From: Patescibacteria group bacterium
GTDB taxonomy: Bacteria > Patescibacteriota > Minisyncoccia > Phycocordibacterales > UBA9973
Assembly (NCBI GenBank): GCA_038063535.1
Contig: JBBTUV010000003.1
Span: 83,179 to 147,178, forward strand
Length of the DNA: 64,000 nt
Direction: 5' to 3'
The position numbers and the translations under genes are program-made. The notes beneath the pieces were generated by a model that was given only the letters and a program-made list of their open reading frames with translations, was not told the DNA's origin and searched no databases. Positions 55,322 through 64,000 of the stretch are shown here, piece by piece; positions within the stretch are counted from its first letter, which is position 1, and every line of letters begins with the position of its first letter.

Positions 55322-55349
55322 ATGAAATATGAAGCAGTTCATATTTCAT
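55322..55349. promoter_or_regulatory. Perfect 12-bp inverted repeat ATGAAATATGAA-GCAG-TTCATATTTCAT upstream of a TATAAT box and the small ORF/FAD-oxidoreductase unit (candidate operator)
   Basis: Seen directly. Confidence 0.35.
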
Positions 55350-55407
55350 AGCCACATCTCCGTGTCGCTATACTAGCATATTTGCTATAATTTTATAAGC
55401 CTTTTAC

Positions 55408-55593
55408 ATGTCTCAATTTGAAAAAACTAAAAAAGAGTTTGAAGACCTGTGGAAACATTTGCAGAGCTTGCTTCGGGGAGAGAAACCCGGCGAGAATGAT
55501 GCGATGCGGGCGGCGAGGGTAGCGAACGCGAAAACGGGCGAGATATATTTTGCTATACTTTTAATAACAGATGAAAAGTCTCGAAGAGCATAA
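55408..55593 (+). CDS. Hypothetical small protein (61 aa)
   Basis: ORF immediately upstream of and overlapping the FAD oxidoreductase gene. Confidence 0.3.
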   Translation: MSQFEKTKKEFEDLWKHLQSLLRGEKPGENDAMRAARVANAKTGEIYFAILLITDEKSRRA

Positions 55594-56998
55594 AAAATAC
55601 GTTGAAGGCATCATTGCCCAGATGAGAACTATTGCGCAAGACCCGACCAGTAAAAGAATTAATTTTATTCACGGAAGTACTAATTCCACCAGGACGGAAG
55701 AAAACAAGGACTTCGCTTTTGTGGACATCACTAACTTAAATGATGTAATTGAAATCAATACCAGAGATCACTACGCTCTTGTTGAACCCAACGTGGCTCT
55801 AGATAAGCTATTACAATCGACACTGGAGTATAACTTAATCCCGGAAGTCATTGCAGAATTTCCCGGTATCACTGTGGGTGGAGCAGTCAATGGAGCATCT
55901 CTCGAGAGTTCCTCTTTCAAATACGGCCAATTCAATGATACTGCTGAAGAATATGAAATTGTCTTAGCAAGTGGGGACGTTATCCAGGCGTCTAAAGGGG
56001 GAAATAGCGATTTATTTTATGGCATATCTGGTTCATATGGCACCTTAGGCTTACTTACCTTGATTAAACTTCGACTGACTCCGTCAAAAAAATACGCAAA
56101 GCTAATGTATGAACCAACTTCTTCTCATCAAGAATGTTTGGATTTATTGTACCGACGTTGCACCGATAATTCCGTAGATTATACCGAAGCTGTAATCTTT
56201 GATACGCAAAAAGGTGTAGTTTTGAGTGCGTTATTAACTGACGATGCTGGCGATCTACCGATTCGCACATACAGTCACTCTTCCGATGCGTGGTTTTATC
56301 TTCAAGCGCAGAAAGTAGCCTCTGAAGGAAAGCATTTTGAGGAAGCAGTACCCATTGCCGATTATCTTTTTAGATACAATAGGGGGGCATTTTGGATGGG
56401 GGAATATGTATTTGATATTTTACACCTTCCACATCAAAGAATGTTGCGCCACTTACTAAATCCGATAATGAATACCCGTAATCTCTATAAAGCACTTCAC
56501 GCCACCAATCTTTCTCAACAATATTTTATCCAAGATTTTTACGTTCCCCTTGATCGTACTTTAGAATTTATTAAAAAAAGCGACGAAGAGCTCGGAATTT
56601 TCCCTATATGGCTTTGTCCAATGAAGCCTACGCAAACTCCACAGAAACTTTCTCCACACTTTCTAACTACAGATCTGATCATAGATGTAGGTATCTGGGG
56701 GCAATCGGAGAAATATCTTAAAGATCCCATAAACCTAAATGAAAAATTTGAGCAGTATGCGCGGGATGTGGGGGGACGAAAGATGCTATATGCGCACGCC
56801 TATTATTCCCAAGATGAATTTTGGAAGATCTACGACCATGCATGGTATCAAGAGTTACGCAAAAAATATCATGCCGAGAAAGCATTTCCAGAAATTTGGG
56901 AGAAAGTACACGTCGCTCCACATCACTTCGAGGTACACATGCTTAAGGGAATAACAAAATTTCTTATTGAAATGATCGAGCAACCTTCAACGAAATAA
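55571..56998 (+). CDS. FAD-binding oxidoreductase (PCMH-type FAD_binding_4 family; DprE1/alditol-oxidase/DHCR24-like)
   Basis: FAD-binding segments ...GITVGGAVNGASLESSSFKYG... and ...NSDLFYGISGSYGTLGLLT.... 475 aa. AT-rich codon usage. Confidence 0.65.
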   Translation: MKSLEEHKKYVEGIIAQMRTIAQDPTSKRINFIHGSTNSTRTEENKDFAFVDITNLNDVIEINTRDHYALVEPNVALDKLLQSTLEYNLIPEVIAEFPGITVGGAVNGASLESSSFKYGQFNDTAEEYEIVLASGDVIQASKGGNSDLFYGISGSYGTLGLLTLIKLRLTPSKKYAKLMYEPTSSHQECLDLLYRRCTDNSVDYTEAVIFDTQKGVVLSALLTDDAGDLPIRTYSHSSDAWFYLQAQKVASEGKHFEEAVPIADYLFRYNRGAFWMGEYVFDILHLPHQRMLRHLLNPIMNTRNLYKALHATNLSQQYFIQDFYVPLDRTLEFIKKSDEELGIFPIWLCPMKPTQTPQKLSPHFLTTDLIIDVGIWGQSEKYLKDPINLNEKFEQYARDVGGRKMLYAHAYYSQDEFWKIYDHAWYQELRKKYHAEKAFPEIWEKVHVAPHHFEVHMLKGITKFLIEMIEQPSTK

Positions 56999-57074
56999 AG
57001 TCATCCCGCCCCGCTATTTCCCCTTCTTCGTCTTCGCATCTTCGATAAGGACGGGTGTAATTAATTGTTTTTTA

Positions 57075-57392
57075 TTGTATCATAATTCCATGCAAGGTTT
57101 TATTAATTTCGTAAGAGAGCAGGGGGTGATGGGCCTGGCCGTCGGGTTTATTTTGGGCGGAGCGGTTTCGAAAGTGGTCTCCGCACTTGTCACCGATATT
57201 ATCAATCCGCTCTTAAGTGTCGCTCTGGGCTCGGGGGAAGGCTTACGAACCGCAACGCTCAGGGTTGGCACTGCCGAGATTCTCTATGGCGACATGATCG
57301 CCGTTATCGTTGATTTCCTTGTTATCGCTCTGGTCGTGTATTTCGGCGTAAAGTTTCTGGGCATTGATAGATTAGACAAGAAAAAAGAGTGA
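57075..57392 (+). CDS. mscL: Large-conductance mechanosensitive channel MscL (probable true start at internal ATG ~57090, MQGFINF...)
   Basis: GFINFVREQGVMGLAVGFILGGAVSKVVSALVTDIINPLL matches the MscL TM1/S1 signature. About 100 aa. Confidence 0.85.
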   Translation: MYHNSMQGFINFVREQGVMGLAVGFILGGAVSKVVSALVTDIINPLLSVALGSGEGLRTATLRVGTAEILYGDMIAVIVDFLVIALVVYFGVKFLGIDRLDKKKE

Positions 57393-57407
57393 GGGTATAA
57401 TTATCAA

Positions 57408-57638
57408 ATGAATTACTTCAACGTAAACGACATAGGCGGGTGGCCGGTGTTTGTTCTAGTCGTGGCGTGGTCCTTGTTTTGGAAGGGCTTAGCGCTCTGG
57501 CATGCCGCAAAGCGCGGGCAAATAAAATGGTTCCTGGTCATGCTTATCTTAAACACTCTGGGGATACTTGAGATCATTTACCTTTTTGCGGTAGTGAAGA
57601 TAAAATTCGGCAAGCCCAAGGATATGCTACAATGGTAG
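57408..57638 (+). CDS. Small two-TM membrane protein (hypothetical)
   Basis: 76 aa hydrophobic ORF. Confidence 0.4.
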   Translation: MNYFNVNDIGGWPVFVLVVAWSLFWKGLALWHAAKRGQIKWFLVMLILNTLGILEIIYLFAVVKIKFGKPKDMLQW

Positions 57639-57681
57639 CAGGTCGGGGATTAAGATTCATAACCCGAAATTAACATGACTG

Positions 57682-58866
57682 GTGATCACTAATCAAAAAG
57701 AACCGATAGTTATAGAAGGAGGTTGTTCCTATTGCGGAGATGCGGCCATAAACCACACTCTCGCATACTGGAGCAGCCTCTTTTTCGATCCGTTCGAGGA
57801 GCATATGGTGCGGACGGCCTACCACTCTCCGAAATTTTTGAAAAATTTCGTCGACTGGCTTGCGATATTTTTTCTCAATCTCCTTGCATTTTTTGGGATC
57901 GTAAAATTTTCGAGCGATTTAGGGCGCGCCAAAAGTTTCCGCTCGCGAGTGATATGGGAAGAAGCCCGGAGGCGGGGAATACAGATGGAGCAGGTGATAA
58001 TATTCGGGAAGCCGATCGATTACTACCGGGCCCTCATTGGTGGCAAATATATATATTTCGAAAGTCTGCCGATACCGCCCGAGCACCTGGATTTTCGCAG
58101 AAATTGGGACGATAAATCTATTTTGAAAGATGAATTAGCAAGGCATAGTGTCCCCACGCCGAAGTACAAAATGGTCAGAGGAAATTTGGAACAACTTTGG
58201 CACGGGCTAGAGAAACCCCTTATCGTAAAACCGAAACTCGGCTCGCGAGGCAGGCACACATTTACGGGTATAAATATGCTCGAAGATTTTAAGAATGCCG
58301 TGAAAATTTCGGGCGAGATTTCACCGTATCTGGTTGCCGAGGAACACATCGCCGGCGACGTCTGCCGAGCGACGTTTGTGTCTGGGAAGCTTGCCGGATT
58401 TTATCGCGGCCGAGCGCCTAGCGTTACCGGTGATGGGAAGAAGAACATAGCCGAGCTTATCAAAGAGAAGGACCGAATCCGGCCCGAGCGCGTGGAAAAA
58501 GTAAGGAGGGGCAAGGAACTCGAGAGCCACCTTGCGAGGCAGGGCTACGGGCTTGATGATGTTCTCTCGGAAGGCAAAATGGTCACGCTCTCGCATCGGA
58601 TCGGCCGTCTCTTTGGCGGCACGACGCGGGAGATGATCGGTGAGCTTCATCCGAGTTTTATTCCTATCTTCAGACGCGCCGCGGAGATTACCGGACTTGC
58701 TGTCGTCGGCTTCGACGCCGTCATCCCCGACCCGACGGCGTCGGCCGATTCGCAACGCTGGGGCATCATCGAAGCCAATACTCTGCCCTTCATTGATCTT
58801 CACTACTATGCGCTCGAAGGCAAACCGCGCAACATCGCCGGCATGATTTGGAATTTGTGGAAATAA
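57682..58866 (+). CDS. ATP-grasp superfamily enzyme with N-terminal hydrophobic segment (RimK/cyanophycin-synthetase-like ligase)
   Basis: ATP-grasp signature ...LIVKPKLGSRGRHTFTGI... and a C-terminal glycine-rich loop. N-terminal CSYCG and a TM-like helix. Confidence 0.5.
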   Translation: MITNQKEPIVIEGGCSYCGDAAINHTLAYWSSLFFDPFEEHMVRTAYHSPKFLKNFVDWLAIFFLNLLAFFGIVKFSSDLGRAKSFRSRVIWEEARRRGIQMEQVIIFGKPIDYYRALIGGKYIYFESLPIPPEHLDFRRNWDDKSILKDELARHSVPTPKYKMVRGNLEQLWHGLEKPLIVKPKLGSRGRHTFTGINMLEDFKNAVKISGEISPYLVAEEHIAGDVCRATFVSGKLAGFYRGRAPSVTGDGKKNIAELIKEKDRIRPERVEKVRRGKELESHLARQGYGLDDVLSEGKMVTLSHRIGRLFGGTTREMIGELHPSFIPIFRRAAEITGLAVVGFDAVIPDPTASADSQRWGIIEANTLPFIDLHYYALEGKPRNIAGMIWNLWK

Positions 58867-58914
58867 TCGCCTGTGTACATATTTAGACAGTCGTCAATTT
58901 ATGTTAAGATAGGT

Positions 58915-59565
58915 TCAGTGCGCAACCGTGAAGGCGACCACCTTACGTGCGCCGGCCTCTCGCAAAACTTTCTTTGCTTCCGAGAGTGTCGCGCCGGTAG
59001 TAGTGATGTCATCTATTAGAATTATATTCCTCCCAGAAATTTTTTCCGGATTTTTTACGGAAAAAGCGCCGACTATATTTTCGAGGCGCTTTTTCCGCTC
59101 TTCAATCCGCGCCTGATGTTCCGAATCTTTCGGGCGCGCAAGCGCGCCGGTCTCTAGCGTAAAGTTCTCTTCTCGGTCGAGCTCGACCAACTTCCTGCAA
59201 ATGAGCTCCGCCTGATTGAAGCCTCGCTCCCGCCTTCTTTTCCGCGAAAGCGGAATCGGCAGGAGCAAGGGCTCGCCGAAATTTTCCATGATTTTACGGT
59301 CGGCAAGTTCCTCGAGCATCCTTGGATAGAGAATTTCAGCAAACACTTCGGCGAGCTGCCTCTTTCCAGAATACTTCAGCTGCCAGAGCGCGTCCTTCAG
59401 GGGCTTGTGTCTATAGTCGAGCATCGGATGTATCCAATCAGCCGATTCGCGCTCGGCAGAAGGCATCGCCGAAATGCATTCCGTGCAGAGGTATTCTCCG
59501 TTTTTTCCGCAGGCCAGGCATACAGGCGGGAAAACAAGGTCCAAGATGGAATTTAGAAGTTGCAT
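58915..59565 (-). CDS. comFC: ComF family protein (ComFC; zinc-ribbon + phosphoribosyltransferase domain)
   Basis: N-terminal CLACG...CTEC double zinc ribbon. C-terminal PRTase motif IILIDDITTTGATL. Confidence 0.85.
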   Translation of the reverse strand: MQLLNSILDLVFPPVCLACGKNGEYLCTECISAMPSAERESADWIHPMLDYRHKPLKDALWQLKYSGKRQLAEVFAEILYPRMLEELADRKIMENFGEPLLLPIPLSRKRRRERGFNQAELICRKLVELDREENFTLETGALARPKDSEHQARIEERKKRLENIVGAFSVKNPEKISGRNIILIDDITTTGATLSEAKKVLREAGARKVVAFTVAH

Positions 59566-59591
59566 ATACTATAATTAAAGGGTATTTTAAC

Positions 59592-60713
59592 ATGGCTAAT
59601 CCGCTTGCAAAAATCTTTAAAAGCTCCGGAATCTTTTCCGGCCCGTCCGAGTCCGCCGTCGGCATCGACGTCGGAACTTCCGCGATAAAAGTTGTTGAGA
59701 TCAAGAGAAAAGGAGGTAGGGCTGTGCTCGAGACTTACGGGGCGATTTCGCTCGGACCCTATGCGGGCGCCGACGTCGGTCGGGTTACCAATCTTCCGAT
59801 CGAAAAAATCACCGAAGCTCTCAAAGAAGTCCTCAAACAAGCCGGAGTAAGCTCAAGCTCCGCAGGCTTTTCGATTCCGGTTCGGGAGAGCCTGATCTTT
59901 ACACTCGAGCTACCTGGACAGACCAAGCCGGAACAGATTCCGGCGATCGTACCGACCGAAGCACGTAAATATATTCCAGTCCCGATCACCGAAGTCACAC
60001 TCGACTACTTTGTGCTTCCCAAAAAAGAGCAGTCTCATGAGGAGGCGAGCACTCCCTTGGGAGGCGAATCGGGAAAAACAGAGGTCCTGGTGGTAGCTCT
60101 CCAGAACGAATCGGTCTCGCGCTTCCGGTCGCTCGTTTCCGAGACAAGCCTCAACGCTTCATTTTTTGAGATAGAAATTTTTGCCACGATCCGTTCGACT
60201 TTCGAACACGAGCTCTCGCTCGTGCTGCTCCTTGATTTCGGAGCTTCGAGTACGAAGCTCACTTTGGTCGAATTCGGCACGGTTCGAAGTTATCACACTA
60301 TCGCCCGCGGAGGCGCAGACATCACTGACTCGATCGCGACCTCTCTCGGCGTCACTTTTTCCGAAGCGGAAAAAGTGAAAAAAGAGTCTGGCCTTTCAAA
60401 AAATGCCGCCGAAAAAAACGTTGCCGACATCATTCGGACCCACGTCGACTATATTTTTGCCGAAGCAAACACCGTACTTCTCGCTTACGAGCAAAAATAC
60501 GGCCGAACCGTTTCCAAGGTCATTCTTTCGGGCGGCGGGGCACTCCTTCATGGTCTTTCGGAGGCGGCGGCGGAGAATTTTCGCGCGGAAATCGAGCTCG
60601 GAGAGCCTTTCCGCAAAGTGAACGCGCCGGCGTTCCTCGACAAAGTGCTGGCCGCGACTGGTCCGGAATTCGCCGTAGCGCTGGGCTTGGCTTTGCGCAA
60701 GTTAGAGAAATAG
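59592..60713 (+). CDS. pilM: Type IV pilus assembly protein PilM
   Basis: Actin-like ATPase fold. VGIDVGTSAIKVVEI N-terminal phosphate-1 motif. ORF-track start at 59322 is an upstream extension. Confidence 0.85.
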   Translation: MANPLAKIFKSSGIFSGPSESAVGIDVGTSAIKVVEIKRKGGRAVLETYGAISLGPYAGADVGRVTNLPIEKITEALKEVLKQAGVSSSSAGFSIPVRESLIFTLELPGQTKPEQIPAIVPTEARKYIPVPITEVTLDYFVLPKKEQSHEEASTPLGGESGKTEVLVVALQNESVSRFRSLVSETSLNASFFEIEIFATIRSTFEHELSLVLLLDFGASSTKLTLVEFGTVRSYHTIARGGADITDSIATSLGVTFSEAEKVKKESGLSKNAAEKNVADIIRTHVDYIFAEANTVLLAYEQKYGRTVSKVILSGGGALLHGLSEAAAENFRAEIELGEPFRKVNAPAFLDKVLAATGPEFAVALGLALRKLEK

Positions 60714-60733
60714 AGGTATAATATATCGTAGAT

Positions 60734-61372
60734 ATGGAGCAAAATTTTCAAACCTCTTTCATCCCGAAAAAACCCCCGGTCCCGGAACGCGTATCGGTGG
60801 CCCGGCCCGTCGGCCTTCTTTCGGCCATTGCTTTTTTGATTTTTTTTACGATGCTCATCGCCACCGGCGGGCTTTATCTTTACCGGGGCTTTTTGAATAA
60901 AAGCATCAGTCAGTCGGCCGGCGACCTGACGGCGGCGAAAAATCGATTCGAGCCCTCCAGGCTTGAGACACTGCAGTCCCTCGACAAGCGTCTGCGGGTC
61001 GCAAACGAGATTCTCTCGAGCCACATCGCAACCTCTCCGATTTTCGAGGCGCTCGAGGCGATAACCATGAAGAGTGTTCGCTATACTAAATTTGGCTACA
61101 AGCTGGAAGGGGACAAGAATTCGAAAGCCACCGTCAATATCTCGGGGGTCGCTGTCGGTTACCGCGCGGTCGCACTGCAGTCGGATCTCTTTACAAAAAA
61201 CAAAAATCTGATCGATCCAGTTTTTTCGAACCTCACTCTTGATGATAAGGGCAATGTCCTCTTTGACCTTGTGTTTTCGGTCGATCCCGGATTTATTAAT
61301 TATAAAGCGACGCTTGCGAGAGCCGTTCCTCCAGTAAGCCCCGAGGCTGCGCCCTCGGTAATAACCCAGTAA
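60734..61372 (+). CDS. pilN: Type IV pilus assembly protein PilN
   Basis: Single N-terminal TM followed by a periplasmic coiled-coil. Position after pilM. Confidence 0.7.
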   Translation: MEQNFQTSFIPKKPPVPERVSVARPVGLLSAIAFLIFFTMLIATGGLYLYRGFLNKSISQSAGDLTAAKNRFEPSRLETLQSLDKRLRVANEILSSHIATSPIFEALEAITMKSVRYTKFGYKLEGDKNSKATVNISGVAVGYRAVALQSDLFTKNKNLIDPVFSNLTLDDKGNVLFDLVFSVDPGFINYKATLARAVPPVSPEAAPSVITQ

Positions 61373-61373
61373 A

Positions 61374-61952
61374 ATGTTCAAGCTGATCATTCCAATTATT
61401 TTGATAGTTATCTCCGGGATAATGTTTGTCACTTTTACCGGCCCGCTTTACGGCGATATCCGAATGGCTCGGGAAGAGGCGGGGGCGTACAAAGAAGCGC
61501 TAGGGAATTCCAAAGCGCTCGAGAATGAGCGCGACAAACTCACCCAGAAATACAACGCCATCGATTCCATTCAACTTTCCCGGTTGGAAAAAATGATCCC
61601 GGAAAACGTGGATAATATCCGTCTCATCCTCGAGATCGAGAAAATCGCGATGCCTTACGGGATGGTGTTGAAAGGCGTAAAGTACGATTCGGCGCCGAAA
61701 AAAGAAGAAGGCGCGGTCACGTCGCCTGCGATCGGAGTGTCCGAGAATCCGGATTACGGCACCTGGACGCTCGAGTTCTCGACTTCGAGCACTTACGCCA
61801 ACTTCATAAGTTTCCTTAAGGATCTTGAGAGGAATCTCCGGATCGTGGATGTCTCCGAGCTTTCTTTTGCTTCGGACGCGGATATTTCCAATCAAGGCTT
61901 CGGAACGTACAAGTTCGATTTTAAGATTAAAACATACTGGCTCAAAAATTAA
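61374..61952 (+). CDS. pilO: Type IV pilus assembly protein PilO
   Basis: N-terminal TM plus coiled-coil. Position in pilMNO order. Confidence 0.65.
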   Translation: MFKLIIPIILIVISGIMFVTFTGPLYGDIRMAREEAGAYKEALGNSKALENERDKLTQKYNAIDSIQLSRLEKMIPENVDNIRLILEIEKIAMPYGMVLKGVKYDSAPKKEEGAVTSPAIGVSENPDYGTWTLEFSTSSTYANFISFLKDLERNLRIVDVSELSFASDADISNQGFGTYKFDFKIKTYWLKN

Positions 61953-62285
61953 ATGACCCCGAAACTCAAAAATATAATAATGTTCCTCGTGGTCGCGGTA
62001 TGCCTCGTCGTCATCTACCTTGCACTTTTTAGGGGAAAGGGCGACGAAGAAGCGCTACTTTCTTCTTCCGGAGAGGTAGCGACGGTTGCGACAGGGAGCG
62101 GCGGAAGCTCGGGGATCACTGGTAGCTTTCTCTCTCTCCTTCTTTCGGTGAAGGGCTTGAGCCTAAACGACGCGATCATTTCCGATCCCGCTTTTATCTC
62201 GCTCGTCGACTCCTCGATCGAGCTGGTGCCTGAAGGCAATGAGGGCAGGCCAAACCCGTTTGCGCCGCTCGGGTTTGATTTTTAG
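61953..62285 (+). CDS. Small membrane-anchored protein in the pilus cluster (PilP-like or accessory)
   Basis: 110 aa, N-terminal TM, Ser/Gly-rich. Lies between pilO and pilB. Confidence 0.4.
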   Translation: MTPKLKNIIMFLVVAVCLVVIYLALFRGKGDEEALLSSSGEVATVATGSGGSSGITGSFLSLLLSVKGLSLNDAIISDPAFISLVDSSIELVPEGNEGRPNPFAPLGFDF

Positions 62286-62294
62286 AATTTTCAC

Positions 62295-64000
62295 ATGAGT
62301 TTTTTAGACGCATTAGCCAATTCCGGGGTAATTAAAAAAACCGAGATCGATGATGTAAAATCTCTCGCGGCGGAAAAATACAATGGCGACATCGAAGGTG
62401 TGCTTCTCGATCAAGGAGTACCCGAAGAAACGATACTCGCCGAAAAAGGCAAATACTTGAAGATCCCGACCCGGAAAGTAAGCTCCCGCGACGTTTCTTT
62501 CGAGGCGCTTAAATACATCCCGGAGGACTCGGCGATCTACTACCGATTCGTGCCGATCGGGTTTTCCGAAGGGGTGCTCGAAGTCGGAGTGACCGACCCG
62601 GAGAACCTCGCGGCCATGGACGCTCTCCAATTCATCTCTGCGAAGCTCGGCATCCCGTTTAAAATTTTTCTCATTTCCAAGAACGACTACGAAGCGGTGC
62701 GTGAGGCTTATAAGGCGATGTCCGTACAGATGGAGGAACCGTTTTTAAACTATGACTCGGCTTCTCGCCCAGATGAGGAGTTGAAAAGCGCGCATCTTGA
62801 AAAGCCCGGGGAACTCCAAAAACCCGGCGAGGAGGCAAAAATAGTCGAGGACGCGCCGATCATAAAGATAGTGTCGGTGATCATCAAAAATGCCATCGAA
62901 TCAAACGCCTCGGACATACACATCGAACATGCCGGCGCAAACGTAAAAGTGCGATACCGGGTCGACGGCGTACTGCACACCTCCCTGCTTTTGCCTGTCA
63001 ATGTTTATAGCGGCATTATTGCGAGGATCAAACTTCTTTCCAAGCTGCGCCTTGACGAGAAGCGCAAACCCCAAGATGGATCCTTTGGTACAGAAGTAGA
63101 CGGGAGGAAAATAGACTTCCGAGTTTCGACAATGCCAGCCTATTACGGCGAAAAGGTGGCAATGCGCATACTCGATTCGGAAAAGGGGGTAAAGCCGCTC
63201 GGGGAGCTGGGGCTATCAAAAAGAAATCTCGAGATGATAAGGAACGCAATCAAGAAGCCTTATGGTCTCATTCTCATTACCGGCCCGACCGGTTCCGGTA
63301 AATCCACCACTCTCTATTCAATGATGAACGAGCTCGAAAAAGAGAAAGAGAACATCGTTTCTCTGGAAGATCCGATTGAGTACCACATGCCCGACATCAA
63401 TCAGTCGCAAGTAATGCCGGAAATCGGCTATTCTTTCGCTTCGGGACTACGCTCGATCTTGCGTCAGGACCCGGATATCATCATGGTCGGGGAAATCCGC
63501 GACAAGGAAACCGCCCAGCTCGCCATCCAGGCGGCACTCACCGGGCACTTGGTACTCTCCACTCTCCATACGAACAGCGCAATCGGTGCAATCCCACGCC
63601 TCGTAGATATGGGAGTCGACCCCTACCTCATCGCGCCGACCCTGATTCTCTCCGTCGCCCAGCGTCTAGCTCGGATGATTTACCCGACTTCGAAAAAAGC
63701 AGTGCCGATGGACCCTTCGGTACGGATGCAAGTAGAAGAGCAACTCAAAGATCTTCCGGAAGAGTTCAAAAAAGAAATCAAAATCAGAAATGAAATGTAC
63801 GAGGTGGTGCCCTCTTCCGAATCTCCTTCCGGAACCCGCGGTCGGATCGCGATTTTCGAAATGTTCGATATCGATAGGGAGATGCAAGCTGTGATCCTTA
63901 AAAATCCGGTTGACGTGGAGCTTTACAAAGTGGCTCGAAAAAAGGGGATGCTTCTCATGCGAGAGGACGCAATGGTAAAAGCCATGGAGGGGACAATTCC
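62295..64000 (+). CDS. pilB: Type IV pilus assembly ATPase PilB / GspE family (3' partial; absent from the ORF track because no stop codon lies within the window)
   Basis: Hand translation from the ATG at 62295 gives a continuous ORF to the window end. It contains Walker A ITGPTGSGKSTTLYS, Asp box, Walker B IMVGEIRD and His box LVLSTLHTNSA. Confidence 0.85.
   Translation, partial: MSFLDALANSGVIKKTEIDDVKSLAAEKYNGDIEGVLLDQGVPEETILAEKGKYLKIPTRKVSSRDVSFEALKYIPEDSAIYYRFVPIGFSEGVLEVGVTDPENLAAMDALQFISAKLGIPFKIFLISKNDYEAVREAYKAMSVQMEEPFLNYDSASRPDEELKSAHLEKPGELQKPGEEAKIVEDAPIIKIVSVIIKNAIESNASDIHIEHAGANVKVRYRVDGVLHTSLLLPVNVYSGIIARIKLLSKLRLDEKRKPQDGSFGTEVDGRKIDFRVSTMPAYYGEKVAMRILDSEKGVKPLGELGLSKRNLEMIRNAIKKPYGLILITGPTGSGKSTTLYSMMNELEKEKENIVSLEDPIEYHMPDINQSQVMPEIGYSFASGLRSILRQDPDIIMVGEIRDKETAQLAIQAALTGHLVLSTLHTNSAIGAIPRLVDMGVDPYLIAPTLILSVAQRLARMIYPTSKKAVPMDPSVRMQVEEQLKDLPEEFKKEIKIRNEMYEVVPSSESPSGTRGRIAIFEMFDIDREMQAVILKNPVDVELYKVARKKGMLLMREDAMVKAMEGTI

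Noticed and set aside
55229-57000. Genomic island integrated at tRNA-Ser
   Set aside because: The AT-rich block abuts the 5' end of the tRNA rather than the 3' end, and no integrase or direct-repeat att site is visible. Mentioned only as a compositional oddity.
59322-59591. Upstream 90-aa extension of pilM in the ORF track (MDREFQQTLRRAAS...)
   Set aside because: It overlaps the divergent comFC 5' region and promoter. The conserved PilM N-terminus and a plausible start begin at the ATG at 59592.
1-64000. CRISPR arrays or other regularly spaced direct repeats
   Set aside because: No repeat-spacer periodicity was seen anywhere in the window on either strand. The only significant repeat pair is the DGR VR/TR.

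Overview
This is a 64 kb chromosomal window from a small-genome bacterium at roughly 50-55% GC. Its ribosomal-protein organisation is reduced in the way seen in Patescibacteria/CPR-like lineages, but that lineage assignment is only an inference. The first 25 kb is the str/S10/spc super-operon (fusA ... secY-adk-map), with three unusual interruptions. A complete de novo pyrimidine operon (pyrC-carA-carB-pyrB-pyrD-pyrE-pyrF) sits between fusA and tuf. A small Cys/His ORF plus a hairpin sits between rplB and rpsS. A reverse-oriented cmk-like gene and pyrH sit around adk. After map the ribosomal operon breaks off. In its place is a four-gene cluster: an FtsK/HerA/VirB4-VirD4-like ATPase, a hypothetical protein, a CYTH protein and ndk. 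This is followed by a beta-CASP RNase, an inverted rplT-rpmI-infC unit, a phosphohexomutase, smpB plus tmRNA, ftsH and a tRNA-Ile with anticodon UAU. The middle of the window carries a vitamin-B12 module: an ECF-S-like membrane protein, AdoCbl-dependent class II RNR, a CobO/BtuR adenosyltransferase, a cobalamin-riboswitch-like leader with terminator, and a DUF4430-like surface B12-binding protein. Next come an ArsR regulator and a hicB/hicA-like pair. The most striking element is a complete diversity-generating retroelement (DGR) at about 43.3-45.9 kb. It consists of a consensus sigma70 promoter, a target gene with a C-terminal VR, a 107-bp TR, an Avd-like gene on the opposite strand, and an RT with YADD and LGNLTSQ motifs. 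All 25 VR/TR mismatches fall at TR adenines, and 24 of them read G in the VR. The remainder holds recG (minus strand) and a thiol-redox/copper island (DUF1573, CcdA, DUF305, DUF3105, CsoR-family, a CPH-motif P1B ATPase and two unannotated small Cys-rich ORFs). It ends with tRNA-Ser(GCU), an FAD oxidoreductase, mscL, an ATP-grasp protein, comFC and a type IV pilus cluster (pilM-pilN-pilO, a small gene, pilB 3' partial). Coordinates derived by hand may be off by 1-2 nt.
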